Origin: Balanoglossus misakiensis
Lineage: Eukaryota > Animalia > Hemichordata
NCBI GenBank assembly: GCA_040954595.2
Contig: CM082592.2
Coordinates: forward strand, 10,734,017-10,798,016
DNA length: 64,000 bases
Direction: 5' to 3'
The notes under the pieces are model-generated. The model was given only the letters and a program-made list of their open reading frames with translations. It made no database searches and was not told the DNA's origin. Numbering within the stretch: position 1 is the stretch's first letter; the number at the start of each line of letters is the position of its first letter. This document shows positions 63,978 through 64,000 of the stretch, piece by piece. The translations under genes and the position numbers were made by a program.

Positions 63978-64000
63978 CTTATCAATGACAAACAAAAGAA

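Overview
Eukaryotic (animal) genomic DNA with GT-AG spliceosomal introns. The AT-rich, CpG-retaining intergenic DNA and the repeat types suggest a marine invertebrate, plausibly a deuterostome; this is inference only. Layout: (1) 1-~6200 is an 87-bp tandem satellite of about 67 near-identical monomers plus a few decayed edge monomers. All the long 'ORFs' there arise because 87 bp = 29 codons. (2) ~6.2-58 kb is mostly non-coding, with microsatellites, MITE- and Helentron-like fragments, fold-back elements and many TGACGTCA/ATGCAAAT motifs. It is interrupted by one intronless minus-strand CDS for an ABHD15-type alpha/beta hydrolase (24904-26115) that has an intact GxSxG nucleophile. (3) 58394-63977 holds 15 minus-strand exons of ACAD10 (HAD + APH kinase + acyl-CoA dehydrogenase); its 5' end lies beyond the window. 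I found no prokaryotic genes, CRISPR, rRNA or tRNA, and no clear multi-gene 'novel system'. The best leads are the apparently catalytically intact ABHD15, twin MPP-like cleavage motifs in the ACAD10 linker, higher-order structure in the satellite, and a 113-nt fold-back at 18.5 kb.
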